Source of the DNA: Octopus vulgaris
Lineage: Eukaryota
Direction of reading: 5' to 3'
Length of the DNA: 64,000 nt
Assembly (NCBI GenBank): GCA_951406725.2
Contig: OX597831.1
Location: 8,122,001-8,186,000 of the forward strand
Each line of letters starts with the position of its first letter. Within the stretch, counting starts at the first letter, position 1. The notes under the pieces are model-generated. The model worked only from the letters and a program-made list of their open reading frames with translations. It was not told the DNA's origin and ran no database searches. Shown one piece after another: positions 41,111-54,786 of the stretch. The position numbers were made by a program, and so were the translations under genes.

Positions 41111-41223
41111 ATGTATGTATGTATGTATAAAACATATATATACATATATATATATCTTATACACACACACACACACAGAGGGAGTTACTTACTTGATTCC
41201 AACTCTACTGGACTCAATTCACA
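40954..41223. repeat. ~270-bp palindrome centred on (TA)n (inverted duplication of flanking sequence)
   Basis: Unique sequence 40954-41000 is the exact reverse complement of 41177-41223. The inner microsatellite blocks are also mirrored. Confidence 0.9.
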
Positions 41224-42238
41224 GTTTCCGAAATATAAAAACCAAAATACCATGTTGATATAATTATTATTGTTAACTGTTAATTGTAAATTAAAAATAT
41301 TTTAAGAAAACAATAACAAATGATAATAAATATGAAACTATTGTTTTTCTTGTATGTGTGTATGTGCGCGTGTGTTTTACTCCGTCTTCGGTTGTTGGTT
41401 GGGGCAATTTGTTACTCCTCATCTGCAACAATGTTTTCTTCATGTTCTGGATGTCTAGAAGAGAGTAAAACAACAGGTTATCTTGTGGGGTGGCCTGGCT
41501 GATATTGCCACTCATACAATATGAGCTCCTGGCCAAAACCTTGTCTTGGTGATGTTGGTGTAGTAGTAGTAGTTGTAGCAATTTTGGGGGAGGGGTATGT
41601 CAATTACATCAACTCCAGTGTTCAACTAGTTCTTATTTTAACTACTTTGAAAGAATCCTAATGACCAGACATTATGGGTTTTGATTCAGGCTGAAGGTCA
41701 GTCAGTACCATCAAACCCCAGTGCTTGACTGGTACTTTATTTTGTCCATGTCCAAAAGGATGAAAGGCAAAGTTGACCTCACTCAGGATTTGAAATGATA
41801 ATGAATGTGTCTTAGGCATAAGGCCAGTAGTTTAGAGAGAAGGTTGGTGATCAGGATGATGTGAGTGAGGGTCAAAGACCTCAGTGACAGTTGAACTTTG
41901 ATTGCAAAGAGCTGCAAAAAGTACTGCAAAACATTTTGTCCAACATTCTAACAATTCTGACATCCCCATCACTCTAAATAACAATATCGATGATGATGAT
42001 GATAACAATAATAATAGTCCTTTCCACCCTAGGCACAAGGCCTGGGTCTTTAGGGGCGAGGGGTGGAGCTAGACGATAACATTGACCCCAATATTTGGCT
42101 GGTGCTTATTTTATCCACCCCAACTGGATGAAAGGCAAAGTCAACCTCAGCATAGTTTGAACTCAGAACATAAGGACAGACGAAATGCCACTAAGCGTTT
42201 TGTCCAGCATGCTAATAATTCTGCCATTTTGTTACATC

Positions 42239-42282
<44 letters not shown>

Positions 42283-42598
42283 TGATAATGAATAATGAAG
42301 ATGATGATGATGATGATAATATTTTCAAGCATCAGTACATTCTACAAATTTGGGGCTGGGAAAAATAGTGATTTACATAATTCATTTGTCAGAGATAAAG
42401 GATTTAGTCAAGGAAAGTAAATTCTGGTTGGATTTTCAATTTAGGAATGCAAAAAAATCGTACAATATTCCATTATGGTACTAAATTCTGCTCTTATAAC
42501 GAATTATTTCCTAACAATGACACAAATTGTGAATTCAGGTTGATGTTTTAATCAATTATTTCAACACCCAGTATTTGACCAATTCTTAGTTTTATCAT

Positions 42599-42998
42599 TT
42601 TTAAGGTAGTCTCTATAGATTTTCTTTTGGGCTCGGAGCCAGCATTGTAAGTTAAGATGTTTAAGGCATTTCATAAAGAAATGTGTCTCTGTCAACAATG
42701 CAACTGAAGATAAAAAAGTAGGTAATGGGTGTATATACACATTTCTAGTAGTATTGTCCTTTCATCAGCACTTCATCTAACTCATCAACTATCCACGAAC
42801 ACATTGCTTAAATATCCACTAGGTTTTGATGTATATTTAATTACTGGCAAGTCAACAGTATTGTATTATGTAACCGTAATATAGTACTAAGTATCTTATA
42901 GGTTAATAAGTCAACACTGCATCCTACTATATATAAACAGTGCTATTTCACTTTTAAGGCTTTCCTCTATAGATTTTCTATAGAGTTCAGAGCCAGCA
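42599..42998 (-). mobile_element. Old hammerhead-containing unit with diverged terminal direct repeats, ~354-bp period
   Basis: ttttaagg..ctctatagattttct..g.g.tc.gagccagca occurs at 42599-42644 and 42952-42998. A hammerhead-like motif lies between the two copies. Confidence 0.5.
42719..42780 (-). ncRNA. Degenerate type I hammerhead motif
   Basis: Minus strand: GAAGUG-CUGAUGA-aaggacaauacuacua-GAAA-U-GUGUAUAUACAC-C-CAUUAC. Both core boxes and a palindromic helix III are present; stem II and the NUH triplet are decayed. Confidence 0.45.
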
Positions 42999-43555
42999 CT
43001 TTCACCAACTCAACAAGAGTGAAGGAGCACAGCCAATCTTAATTTGGTTAGAGCTTAGAATCTAATGTGATGTCAATACTACAAGAGTTTTTGCTTGACA
43101 TTCTGACAATTCTGCAGATCTGCCATTCTCTCTTTCTCCCCCCCTCTCGCTCTCTCACACACACATGCACACACCTTGTGTAATATTAGGAAGCAAATGG
43201 CTATATTGATAATATATCTGCTAATTTAAATAAGCAAGGAATTGCGAAATTTTAATAATATTTTACTTTATGTATTTTTAAGTATGATTTTTACTGCAAA
43301 ACAAAACCATAATGTTATTCACAAACTTTTATAAACTAAAGACACGCAACCCTGTTCTCTAACCGCCACTGCCACCGGCATAGAAGGAAAGCAAAAAATT
43401 CTCAAATTACAAGAAATATTATGGAAATATATGTAAAGTATAACTGTCTATGAGTAAAGTACATCTGATCAGTATTGAGAGAAGTCGGTAAAATTTTGAG
43501 ATATTACTATTGTCAGCACTTTATATTAAAATAATAGTTGCTAATGTGGGTAGAT

Positions 43556-43587
<32 letters not shown>

Positions 43588-43608
43588 AACTATTAATTTT
43601 TCATGACT

Positions 43609-43650
<42 letters not shown>

Positions 43651-43880
43651 TGTATGTATGTATGTATGTATGTAAACTTTCATTTATTTTTTAATGACTT
43701 ATTGTGTGTGTGTGTGTGTATACATATACCCTTACTCAAATAAAAGTGTTTGTAAGCATGTTTATGTATATATGTGTGAGTGTGTGTGTATTTATATATG
43801 CAAAGTTGCATCTTTACATATGCTCTTCCTTAGTTCTAAGTTTACTCTCATTGCATATGTTGTAACACAAGCCAGTATGC

Positions 43881-43881
43881 A

Positions 43882-43934
<53 letters not shown>

Positions 43935-44030
43935 ATCTATCTAAGTATCTATCTATCTATCTATGTATATATATACACACACATGTGTGTATCTATCTAA
44001 GTATCTATCTATCTATCTATGTATATATAT

Positions 44031-44062
<32 letters not shown>

Positions 44063-44105
44063 GTGTGTGTGTTTGTGTATCTATCTAAGTATCTATCTAT
44101 CTATG

Positions 44106-44184
<79 letters not shown>

Positions 44185-44288
44185 ATCTATCTAAGTATCT
44201 ATCTATCTATCTATCTATATATATATACACACACACACATATATATATATATATACATACATACACACATATATATATACACACACAT
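43881..44288. repeat. Higher-order compound microsatellite array with repeated TATCTATCTAAGTATCTATC blocks
   Basis: Four TATCTAAGTATC-containing units separated by (TA)(CA)(TA)(TG) runs. Confidence 0.9.
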
Positions 44289-44804
44289 AAACGCAAAAGT
44301 ACATGCATAAGTAAGCAAACAGAATTCAGAAATGTGTTTCTATCAGATGAAAATGTATCTAATAAACAACAACTAAAGAAATAAAAAATAATAACAACAG
44401 CAAAAACAACAAAAAAGGAAGTACACGGAGAATGTGTTTGTAAATGGTTACTAAAATTACAGGAGGAATCTTAAAAATTATCAAGTAAAATTGAAAACTA
44501 TAGATTTCAATAAAGTTTTAAAGGAAGAAAAAATATTTACAATTGCTGATAAATATATTTAAAATTATCTTTTACGTCTAATAGCAAATTATTTCTCTTT
44601 CTCTTTCCTCTTCTGTGTCTGTCTGTTTCTCTCTCTCTCTCTCTCTCTCTCTGTGTCTCTCTCACTTCCTGAAATCTGAAGTAACTCACAAATGCTTCCA
44701 TAGACTCAATAACAACTTCAACTGGCAGAGAATAAATAATAAATACCAAAGAGTTGCATGAGATGGGAAAGATTTCATAATTCCTGACAAACATTTAGAA
44801 TCAA

Positions 44805-45430
44805 TCAATCATTGTCATCATCACTATTGCCATCCTCCTCCTCCTCATCATCATCATCATCATCATCCTCGTCGTCCTCACCACCACCATCATCATCAAC
44901 CTCCCCTCCTCTTCTTCCTCACCACCATCATCATTCCCTCCTCCTCTGCCCCCTCCTCCTCTCCTCCATCATCACTGCCACCATCATCCTCTTCATCTTC
45001 ATCATCATTGACAGCAGCAGCAGCAGAGTTGGTGTTGTGATTGTTATCATCATCTGTATTCCTCATCAATTATCGTCGCTGTAATCTTATTATCGTTGTT
45101 GTCATCATCGTCATCATATTGTTATCGTTGTCCTTATCACCGTTATCATCGTCATTATCATCATCATCTTCATAAATTAACAAAAACAAAATTCAAGATT
45201 CTAAAGTATGTTTGTCAGACTAAATGTATTGTTTTTTCTTCTTCATTATCATTGTCATCATTTGTTATCATCACCATTATCCTTATCATCATCATCTTCT
45301 CTGTCCTTTGTTTCTTCTTCACTAACATCAGCATCGTTACCACCATCATCATCATCATCATCATAGTGATTTTTCTATTTCTGCTCTTAACACTTCTACA
45401 AACCATCAACTACCACCACCACCCCATTAT
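44805..45430. repeat. Degenerate (TCA/TCC/CCA)n low-complexity region
   Basis: Seen directly. Confidence 0.85.
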
Positions 45431-46500
45431 CATACAAGGTTCTTTACCATTTTCCACATGTTGACAAGACATTAGACTAGTGTGTCTGCAGACTTGCCTC
45501 ACATGAGTTGCCCTTATTTTTCCATTAAATTCTGACTCTTTATTAAAAATTTAGCCAACAGCAGTGACCATCTACCACCCATCCACACACACACACATTC
45601 TTACTAGAAGTTTTTGACTTGGTTTTCAGCTTAACATTGCACCCCTGTATCCTTGTTGTATTATGACTATATTATCCAAGCAAAGACAAGCTACATTATT
45701 ATCGTAGTTTTGAGATTTCGATGATGTGATTGTTTATCTTTAAAATGACATTGTTGGGTAGGCTGGATCTGGCCAGTTTGAACAGAAAATTTGGGCAAGA
45801 TACGACCAGTTTAAATGCTAAATGATTAGGAGTGTTGTCCCTCACTTCACTACACACAAAAAGCATGCAGTCCACTCAGTAAAGTGGTTGGTATTAGGAA
45901 GGGCATCCAACCATAGAAACGAAGCCAAAACAACAGATAGTTGAAACTTGGTGCAGCCCTCCAGCCATGCCAGCTCCTGTCAAACCATCCAACCTATGCC
46001 AGCATGGAAAATGGAATTTAATGATGACAATGATGATGATGATGGCATCGTGTGCTGTTGTATAGACTTTGTTGACCTTCAGATTTAAGGTCCACAAAAT
46101 CAGTTGTGAACCCCTCTTTTACTAGTAAGGAGTATCGTATTACTCTCTGAATATTTCTGTTGCTCTTATGAATCACAGGTTTGGATTCTTTCATGAAATG
46201 ATTTAACATTAATCCATACTGTGTGATATTAATTATAATCTTGTGTTGAAAATCCGTTTCTATTATTTTCTGCTAAATTAGAGACCGTTGAGTTTACTTC
46301 CCAATTGCAATGTGCCTTCATATTCTAGCAGAAAAACAAAAAAAATCACCCCCACCAAAAAAATAACAAAGTTTAATCTATTTTTACCTTATTAAAACTA
46401 ATTACAGTTAACCAAATGCCTGAAGGAATTAACAAGAATTTGGTAAGAGTAGATCCAAACAGCCAGGTTTTGTCATTGCTAATAATAATGATAATCATCA

Positions 46501-46546
<46 letters not shown>

Positions 46547-48731
46547 ATTATACATTTGTATGTATGTGTGTGTGTTTGTGTGTGTGTATATATTTCAATA
46601 TTACATAGTCACCATACTGTGATTTTTCAGCGTTTTATTCACCTGACTGCTATCAACCCAAATTTGTTTAGAATTTCTTCCGTTGCACTCACACACACAC
46701 ACACACACACCTTCATCGCTTTATTTACTTCTCCTTTTCTAATCTCTGAAGGCAATTCTTCATTCGAGTTTTTATTATTTTTTTTTTATTGTTATTTATT
46801 ATTTACTCACTTTTTTAAAAAAAATTCTTTTTTTTACATTAGAACATTACCTGAATATTTCCATAATAACACTTTTCTCCTTCAATGTTTACCAGCCGCT
46901 AAAAGAAGGTGTTTGGGGTGATGAAGTGCAATTTTGAACTCTTCACGTTCCACCCCACCCTTCCTCCTGCCATCCTTATTTGACACATTCAGACTTTGTT
47001 TCAACACACACACACGGTTCTAAATCTTCTATTTGCTCTTCTGCTTTTTCTCTTTACTCCTTCTTTTTCTTCTATTCCCAAGTCTTATCCTTATTTCTTT
47101 GGTATTTTACACGTTATCAATTTAATCCCACCCCCCACTCCCCAGACAAAAAAAAAAACTCTTCCTTTCCTAATAGTTGTGTTATTAAGTTTGGTGTCAC
47201 AACCACAAGATTTCAAATTCATTTCTGCCATGTCTCATCTTGGTCAAGTGTCTTCTTCTTCTTCCAAAGTTCACGAATGTCTCGTGAGTGGAACTGGTTG
47301 ATGGAAACTGTGCAAAGCCCATCATACAATGTGTGTATTTCATCATCCTTTAATGTCAACTTTTCTAGGCTTCCACGGGTCAGTTTATTGAGGCAGATTT
47401 TCTACAGCTGGATGTTCTTCCTGTCACTAACCCTCACCTGTTTCCATGCAAGACATTTCCCCATGACTAGATTTGGTTTTCATGAAAGACTAGAAGTAAA
47501 TAACATTGCATGTACAACGATTATGCTCAATGGCAATTGTGGTGTGAGGACAAGAGTACGCAAAAACACACTCACACATACATGTGCTCATGCACGCACA
47601 CACACATACATGTGCACATGCACGCGCGCACACACACACACACACATGTATGTATTTGACAGGCTTCTTTTACTTTGTGCCTACCAAATCCACACTTAAA
47701 GGTTTGCTAGACCCAGGATTATAGAAAACACTTGCTCAAGATCCCTTGCAGTGTGATTGAACCCAGAGTAACATGGTTGAGAAGAAAGCTTGTTAACCAC
47801 CCAGCCATGCCTATACCTTGTATGTCTGTAAATGTGTATGTATCTGTATCTGTCTCAATGTCCATCTTTTACATTACCACTGTTCGTGTTCTGTAACTTA
47901 GAGGTTTTTCAAAGGGATCAATAAAATATGGACCTTACATAACAAAGCAAATAACTTAACTACCGGGGTCAGTATGAACAACTAATACACAAAACACCTT
48001 GAAGGTGTTGCTTCAGCATGGCCACACCAAGTGCAAAGACTGGAACAAAAACAGTCAAAGAATAAACACACAGCTGAAGACGTTTCTAATATCTTCAAGT
48101 CTGCAGCAAGAAATTAGTTTTATTTAGCTCCGTTACTAAAGTAGAAAGAAAAAAATAACTGATTTTTCTATGACAAATTATCATTGAAGGTTAGTATCAT
48201 GAAAGACAGTGAAGAATAACAAACAAACAAAACACATCTAATTATATAAAAACTTAATTATATTGACACCGTAGTTTATAATTTTCTGTAACATTTTTTT
48301 GCTCTAATCATATGAGAAAAACCTTTAAACATATACAGATTTTTTTTTTTATCTTTATTTCAAACAAATCATTTTGCATTTTTTCTTTTCTTTTTCTATT
48401 TTTTCTTTCTTTCTTTTTTTTTTCTCTCACTTTCCTTGTGAATATCATTTAAATTGACAAATAAAGCAGGACTGATTTCTGTTTGTTGTTGCTGAAATAA
48501 ACATCTTTCTTCTATTTTCTTAGAAAGTTACCTTGATTGGTTGGGAATATTTACAGATGAATATTTTAAAAAGCTGTCGCCATTTTTCAAATATGTTTCG
48601 AGTTTTAGTTCTTATCAAACAAAACTCTGATGAAAATCTTGACTGTGTGAGAATTAGAAAACACACACGCACACACACACGCATATTTATATACATACAT
48701 ACATATGTACAAACATATATGCATATGTATG

Positions 48732-48791
<60 letters not shown>

Positions 48792-48826
48792 TACACATAC
48801 ACAATGCATATATACTTCACATACAC

Positions 48827-49228
48827 ATATGCCTCTGGCATATTTGAACTTGTAACAAGTTTGTATTTACACACATCACTGCTTAGCACTGTCAGCCTGT
48901 ATTTTATTAACGGTGAACCATTGAGTGGCGCCACAACCAGTCATCGAATGGTAATAGAAATACGATATGACAGACCTGTCTCTCGTGTCAGTTTGCAACA
49001 TCTGCCTTCCTGGCCTCTGTTGCTGAAGAGGAGATAACCACTCCACAGCGCATGCATCCCACAGTCTGGTCAGGTGGCGCTGTCAGCTGACTCATTCTAT
49101 TTACATCAATTTGTCTCCAGTGAGAAATTTTCCCCATCACAAAACACAGTGAATGACTTTCTTCCCGGGTTCAAATATGCCTCTAGCATATTGGAACTGG
49201 TAACAGTTCTGTATTTATATACATCACT
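48827..49228 (+). mobile_element. Hammerhead-containing unit with terminal direct repeats, 348-bp period
   Basis: 54-bp direct repeats at 48827-48880 and 49175-49228 (46/54 identical ungapped), an internal degenerate hammerhead, and an adjacent (TA)n/(CA)n tract. Confidence 0.65.
49009..49074 (+). ncRNA. Degenerate type I hammerhead motif
   Basis: CUGUUG-CUGAAGA-GGAG(auaacca)CUCC-[ACAG in place of GAAA]-CGCAUGCA-UC-CCACAG. Stem I is extended by CCUGGCC/GGUCAGG. Helix III resembles the palindrome ACGCAUGCGU. Confidence 0.6.
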
Positions 49229-51764
49229 TTTTTTGGAATGGTGAATCTTGAAGCTGATAAATCTATAAACAATTGCATGTATATATATTAGGTTTTAAAA
49301 AACCATTTGTATAGAATAAGTTGAAGGCTGCCCTTGGATAGCCATTGTTTATTTCTTTGACTGCTTTGAGATTCACCATTTCCAAAAAGAATTATTTCAC
49401 ACTCTCTCAAATGTTTCTAAATTCATATGATATCAGCAATCATCATCATCATTTAGCGTCTGTTGTCCATGCTGGCATGGGTTTGGACAGTTTGACCTGA
49501 GCTGGCAAGCTGGAAAGTTGCACCAGACTCCAGTCTGATTTGGCATGGTTTTCTACAGCTGGATGCCCTTCCTAACGCCAACCACTCCGAGAGTGTAGTG
49601 GGTGCTTTTACGTGCCACCAGCACAGGTATCATTTGCCTGACACTGGGGTGTATTTATGTGCCACTGGCATGGGTGCCAATTTGTGTGATACCGGTATCT
49701 ACCACAACTGTGATTTTGCTGTATGTTGTTGATGCTATACAAATTTAGAAACTTTGGTAACCATCTTTGAGAGGCAATTTCAGCACCACGTTTTTTAGTT
49801 GCAGTTCAAGCCAGAGTTTTAGTGGTGAAACACACTGAGTCCTCATAGTACATACTTATTACATCAATTGACGAAAACACCATACATACATACATACATA
49901 CATACATACATGTGCATGTACTAACAGTGATGTCATGAAATATTTTCTATGCTGTTTACCTGTTTCTATTTCTGGTTTAATACATTTAAAATTGTCATTG
50001 TGTCACCTGGGAGGGGGGGAAACTCACTTTTGAGCTTCACACACAAGCTTATATATATAAAAAAAAGAAGTGAAAATCAATACAATAGATCCATAAAACC
50101 CATTTGTGTGAAAATATAAATCTTCAGTAATCAAGTTGGAACTTTATTTTAACCTTGGAAAATTCTTAAATTAGCTTTTGCATAATATTTCACCTTTCTT
50201 AATGAAAATCTTAGACAATACTCCACTGCCATGGGATTCTCCCCAACACCCACAACCCAATACATTTCAACTATTGCAGTAATCAGTTACGATATATATT
50301 TTTTAAAATATTTTTTTCTCTTTCAGCTTTTTTATTCCTCTTCATTTATTTTTGGTCTCAAAGAGCTGTACTCATCTTTTTTTTTTGTTGACCAATTATA
50401 TTGCAACTTACTCTTTTCAACATGATCTAAAACTAAAATGTCCTTTGTAATGAATATTTCTGGAATTCTTAAGCACTCGTTTTACCTCGTATTTACTAAA
50501 CACCCCCACCACTGCCACCACCACCATGTGCACTCATCACTTATATTCTTATTTCTATCAAACTTTGTTTTTTTTTTTTTAATTTATTTTACTATTATAC
50601 TACACGACTCCAACCAAAAACAAACTGAAAAAAATTTATTTCTAATAATAATAATAATAATAATCGTCTAACACCCATTTTCCATGCTAGCATGGGTTGG
50701 ACGGTTCGACCGGGGTCTGGGAAGCCAGGAGGCTGCACCAGGCTCCAGTCTGATTTGGCAGTGTTTCTACGGCTGGATACCCTTCCTAACGCCAACCACT
50801 CTGTGAGTGTAGTGGGTGCTTTTTACGTGCCACCAGCACAGGGGCCAGAGGAGGCTGGCAACAGCCACGATCGGTTGGTGCTTTATAATAATAATAATCT
50901 TTTGTACTCTAGGCATAAGGCCCAAAATTTTTGGGGAGGGGGCCAGTCGATTAGATCAACCTCAGTACACAACTGTTAATTTATCAACCCCGAAAGGATG
51001 AAAGGCAAAGTTGACTCGGGTGGAATAATGATAATAATAATAATAATAGTTATTATTATTATTATTATTAATTTTTTATCATGTGGGTTTGTTAGATACT
51101 TTTTTTGCACTTATTTTCTGAAGCTGTTGAAAGTTGTTGTTATTGGTGTTTTTGCTTATCTTCTGAAAATTTGCATTTATTTGCATAATAATTGTTAAAA
51201 CAAGTATTTAAAAACAAAAAAAACATCTAGATGCCCTTACTGACAATAACAGTCAACTATGAAATAAATAAAAAAAAAATGAACATATTTCATCTTAACA
51301 ACCCATGGCTATTTAATAATACTTAGCAACATAACTCTATGGGCTGCTAAGCCTGCTAGAAATAGCAACCAAATCTTGCTCCATCTTATTGTCTTTAAAA
51401 AAGAAAAGGTAATAGTCTTACTCATGCAAAGGTCACCCCAGTGCCCTTCCTTCTTTGAATAAACTTCAAAAAATATACATAAAGAGAAAGATATATATAT
51501 ATATATAAAAGACAAGATGTTTGAAGATAAAACAATTGGCTTTGATTACGTTAGGTCGGAAGTGAGAGGAAATTTAACCAATGATAACAACTTAATGCTT
51601 GGCTTCGTTTTATGACTTCTCCTGTAATGTTCCAACTCCTTTACTTCACAGCTTCAGTTGCTTTTATATGAATATAATAATTATTATGACTACAACGGAG
51701 TGGGGTGGGGTGGTGGCTGGTTTGGCAGACAAAATGGCTGACAGTGTTTTATATTCATTTAGAC

Positions 51765-52003
51765 TTGTGGTTCTCAGCCAGGGTCCATAAGGCCCTTGGT
51801 GGGGGTCCATGTAAGATTTTGTTGTTGAAATTTATGTGCAAGAAATTGGTTATACTTCAAGTATTTTTTAAACGCAATTCTTAATAATATTTAATTATTA
51901 AAATATAATAGAAGGTTTTTAAACACCAAATGGCTACTAGGGTCCACTTAAGTAAAGTTGGAACCAAAAGGGTCAATAGGTAAAAAATGGTTGGAGACCA
52001 CTA
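51765..52003. mobile_element. Eroded hAT-like MITE
   Basis: Ends TTGTGGTTCTCAGCC and GGTTGGAGACCACTA resemble CAGTGGTTCTCAACC TIRs. TSD not clear. Confidence 0.45.
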
Positions 52004-52238
52004 GCTTAAGTCCTGAGTTCAAATCCTACCACGGTTGATTTTGTCTTTCATTCTACCAGAGGCTGATGAAACGAAGGTTAAGAATAAACTTGCTTTGTGA
52101 CTGCATGGTTTCGGGTTCAATCCCACTGTATGGCACCTTGGGCAAGTGTCTTGTACTATAGACCCAAGCAGACCAATACCTTCTGAGTGAATTTGATAGA
52201 TGGAAACTGTGTGGAAGCTCACTATATATGTAAATCTA

Positions 52239-52271
<33 letters not shown>

Positions 52272-52577
52272 GTGTGTATATATATGTATGTCTTTGTGTT
52301 TGTGTATGTCCACCTCCACTGCTTGACCACAAGTATTGGATTGTTTATGTTCCCATAACTTAGCAGATGAACAAAAGAGACTGATAGAATAAGTTTTAGA
52401 TTTAAATAACTTTGTTGTTTATTAATTATAAATAAACCTGAAATTTCAGAAGAAAATTTTTAATTGCCATCACTTTCGAACAGCAAGTTTGTATCTCCAA
52501 ACCAGGGACAGTAAGGGGTCAAAGAGTTAATCACTGTACACTTCCTTCCAAATATCTCGTTTTCTGCATACTTTACG

Positions 52578-52610
<33 letters not shown>

Positions 52611-53529
52611 TTAATGTCTGTTTTCCATGCTGGCATGGTTGGACGGTCTGACAGGAACTGGCCAGGCAGGAACCTGCACCAGACTCCCTTTGTTCTGGCT
52701 TGGTTTCTACAGCTGGATGTCCTTCCTAATGCCAACCACTTTACAGAATGGACTGGGTGCTCTTTTTTATGTGGCACCAGCATCTTACTGAGGTCAACTT
52801 CCCCTTTCATCCTTTTCAGTTCAATAAACTAGATTCCAGTCAAGAACTGGAGTCCATATATTTGATTATTCTCCTCACTGCAAACTTCCTGGCCTTCTGC
52901 CATTGAAAGGAAAAAATTATAATAATTACATATGTTGTTAGAACCGTAGAAGAGTGTAATCTATTGCTGTAATACCGAATGAGGAGGTGGGGAGGGCAGA
53001 AGGAGTTGTGTTGAGAACAAAATGCCTTGCAGTGTTTTGTTACAAATCTTTACATTCTGAGTTCAAAACCCGCTGGGGCTGACTTTACGTCTCAGCCTTC
53101 CAGGGGTCATTATAACAATCAGTGCTAATTTGATTCATGAATTGAGAATAATGAGATCCATTTTCAATATTTTTTTTATTTATTTTATTTTATTTTATTT
53201 TATTTTATTTTTTGTGGTTTCCAGCAAGATTTTAATTCATACATTTCTGGTCAGCAGTCAAATATAGCAAACGTTGGTTCCAAGATGCCTTTCGGCAATT
53301 TCAGTTCGTTTGAAAATTCTTGGTGGTGGTATTATTGGCATTATTGCTGTTGTTGTCGTCATCACCATCACCACCATCACCATCACCACTACATCATACC
53401 ATTATCATCATCATCACCATCATCTTTATCATTCTTTTTTATTTTTCTTTATTATTGATAAAATTTGGACCAGTAACAATAGAATTAACTCATTTAAATA
53501 TACGTTTCTCCCAACATACTTCTAAAAAA

Positions 53530-53564
<35 letters not shown>

Positions 53565-54068
53565 GGGCAGCTGGCTGGCAGAACCAGCAGCACACCGGGC
53601 AGCAATGCTTAGTGGTATTTTGTCCGTCATAAAGACATTCTGAGTTCAAATTCCACCAAGGTCGACTTTACCTTTCACCCTCTCAGGATCAATAAAATAT
53701 GTACCAGCTTATTTTATCGAGTACTGGGGTGGAGTGGGGGGTCAGTGTCATTGACTTAAACCTTCCCCTGAATTTGCTGGCCTTGTGAAAGGAGTAATAA
53801 GTGAAGGTCAAGGTCAGAGTATTACATACACACACACACAATGTTATTTTAGTCATACAAATTGTATTTATTGCTATATTGCTTGGTGTTTAAGAAGTTT
53901 GCTTTCTAACCATATGGTTTGGAGTTCAGTTCTGTCACATGGCACCTAAGCTTTGTAACAGGTTTCATAATTGAAAACTGAAAGAAGCTTTTCATATGTG
54001 TGTGTGGGTCTATTCACTCTGTACTTACATCAAATTTCTCATATAGATTCAAACACACACACTTTCGT

Positions 54069-54447
54069 GAGTGGCTGTGTGGTAAGTAGCTTGCTTACCA
54101 ACCACATGGTTCCAGGTTCAGTCTCACTGCGTAGCACCTTGGGCAAGTGTCTTCTATTATATCCTCGGGCCAACCAAAGCCTTGTGAGTGAATTTGGTAG
54201 ACGGAAACTGAAAGAAGCCCATCATATATATGTGTGTGTGTGTATTTGTATGTCTGTGTTTGTCCCCCCCACCGTCGCTTGACAACCGATGTTGGTGTGT
54301 TTATGTCCCCATAACTTTGCAGTTCGGTAAAAGAGACCGATAGAATAAGTACTAGGCTTACAAAGAATAAGTCCTGGGGTTGATTTGTTCAACCAAAGGT
54401 GGTGCTCCAGCATGGCCCCAGTCAAATGACTGAAACACATAAAAGAA
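54069..54447 (+). mobile_element. SINE family A
   Basis: Colinear with 56801-57200. Partial copies also at ~1-80, 7280-7410, 8945-9252, 20320-20533, 25272-25556, 52088-52400, 60373-60592 and 63922-64000. Confidence 0.8.
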
Positions 54448-54753
54448 TATATATATACATCAGCATCATCATCATCATCATTTAACATCTGCTTCCCATG
54501 CTGGCATGGGTTAGTGGGGTTCGACTGAAACTACCAAGCCAGAGAGCTGCACCGAGTTTCAGTTTGATTTGGCATGATTTCTACAACTGGGTGCCCTTCC
54601 TAATGCCAACCACTCTTAGAATATATATATATACACACACATGTCCAAGGGTTTTCAGCCATAAATTTACAATATAGAATGGTGCCTGGATTGATAATAC
54701 CTCACTAATAACTCTGTTTTATATATACACATATATATCTATATGTGTGTGTG

Positions 54754-54786
<33 letters not shown>

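Noticed and set aside
46980-47699. 239-aa ORF
   Set aside because: Made of SINE fragments and CA repeats.
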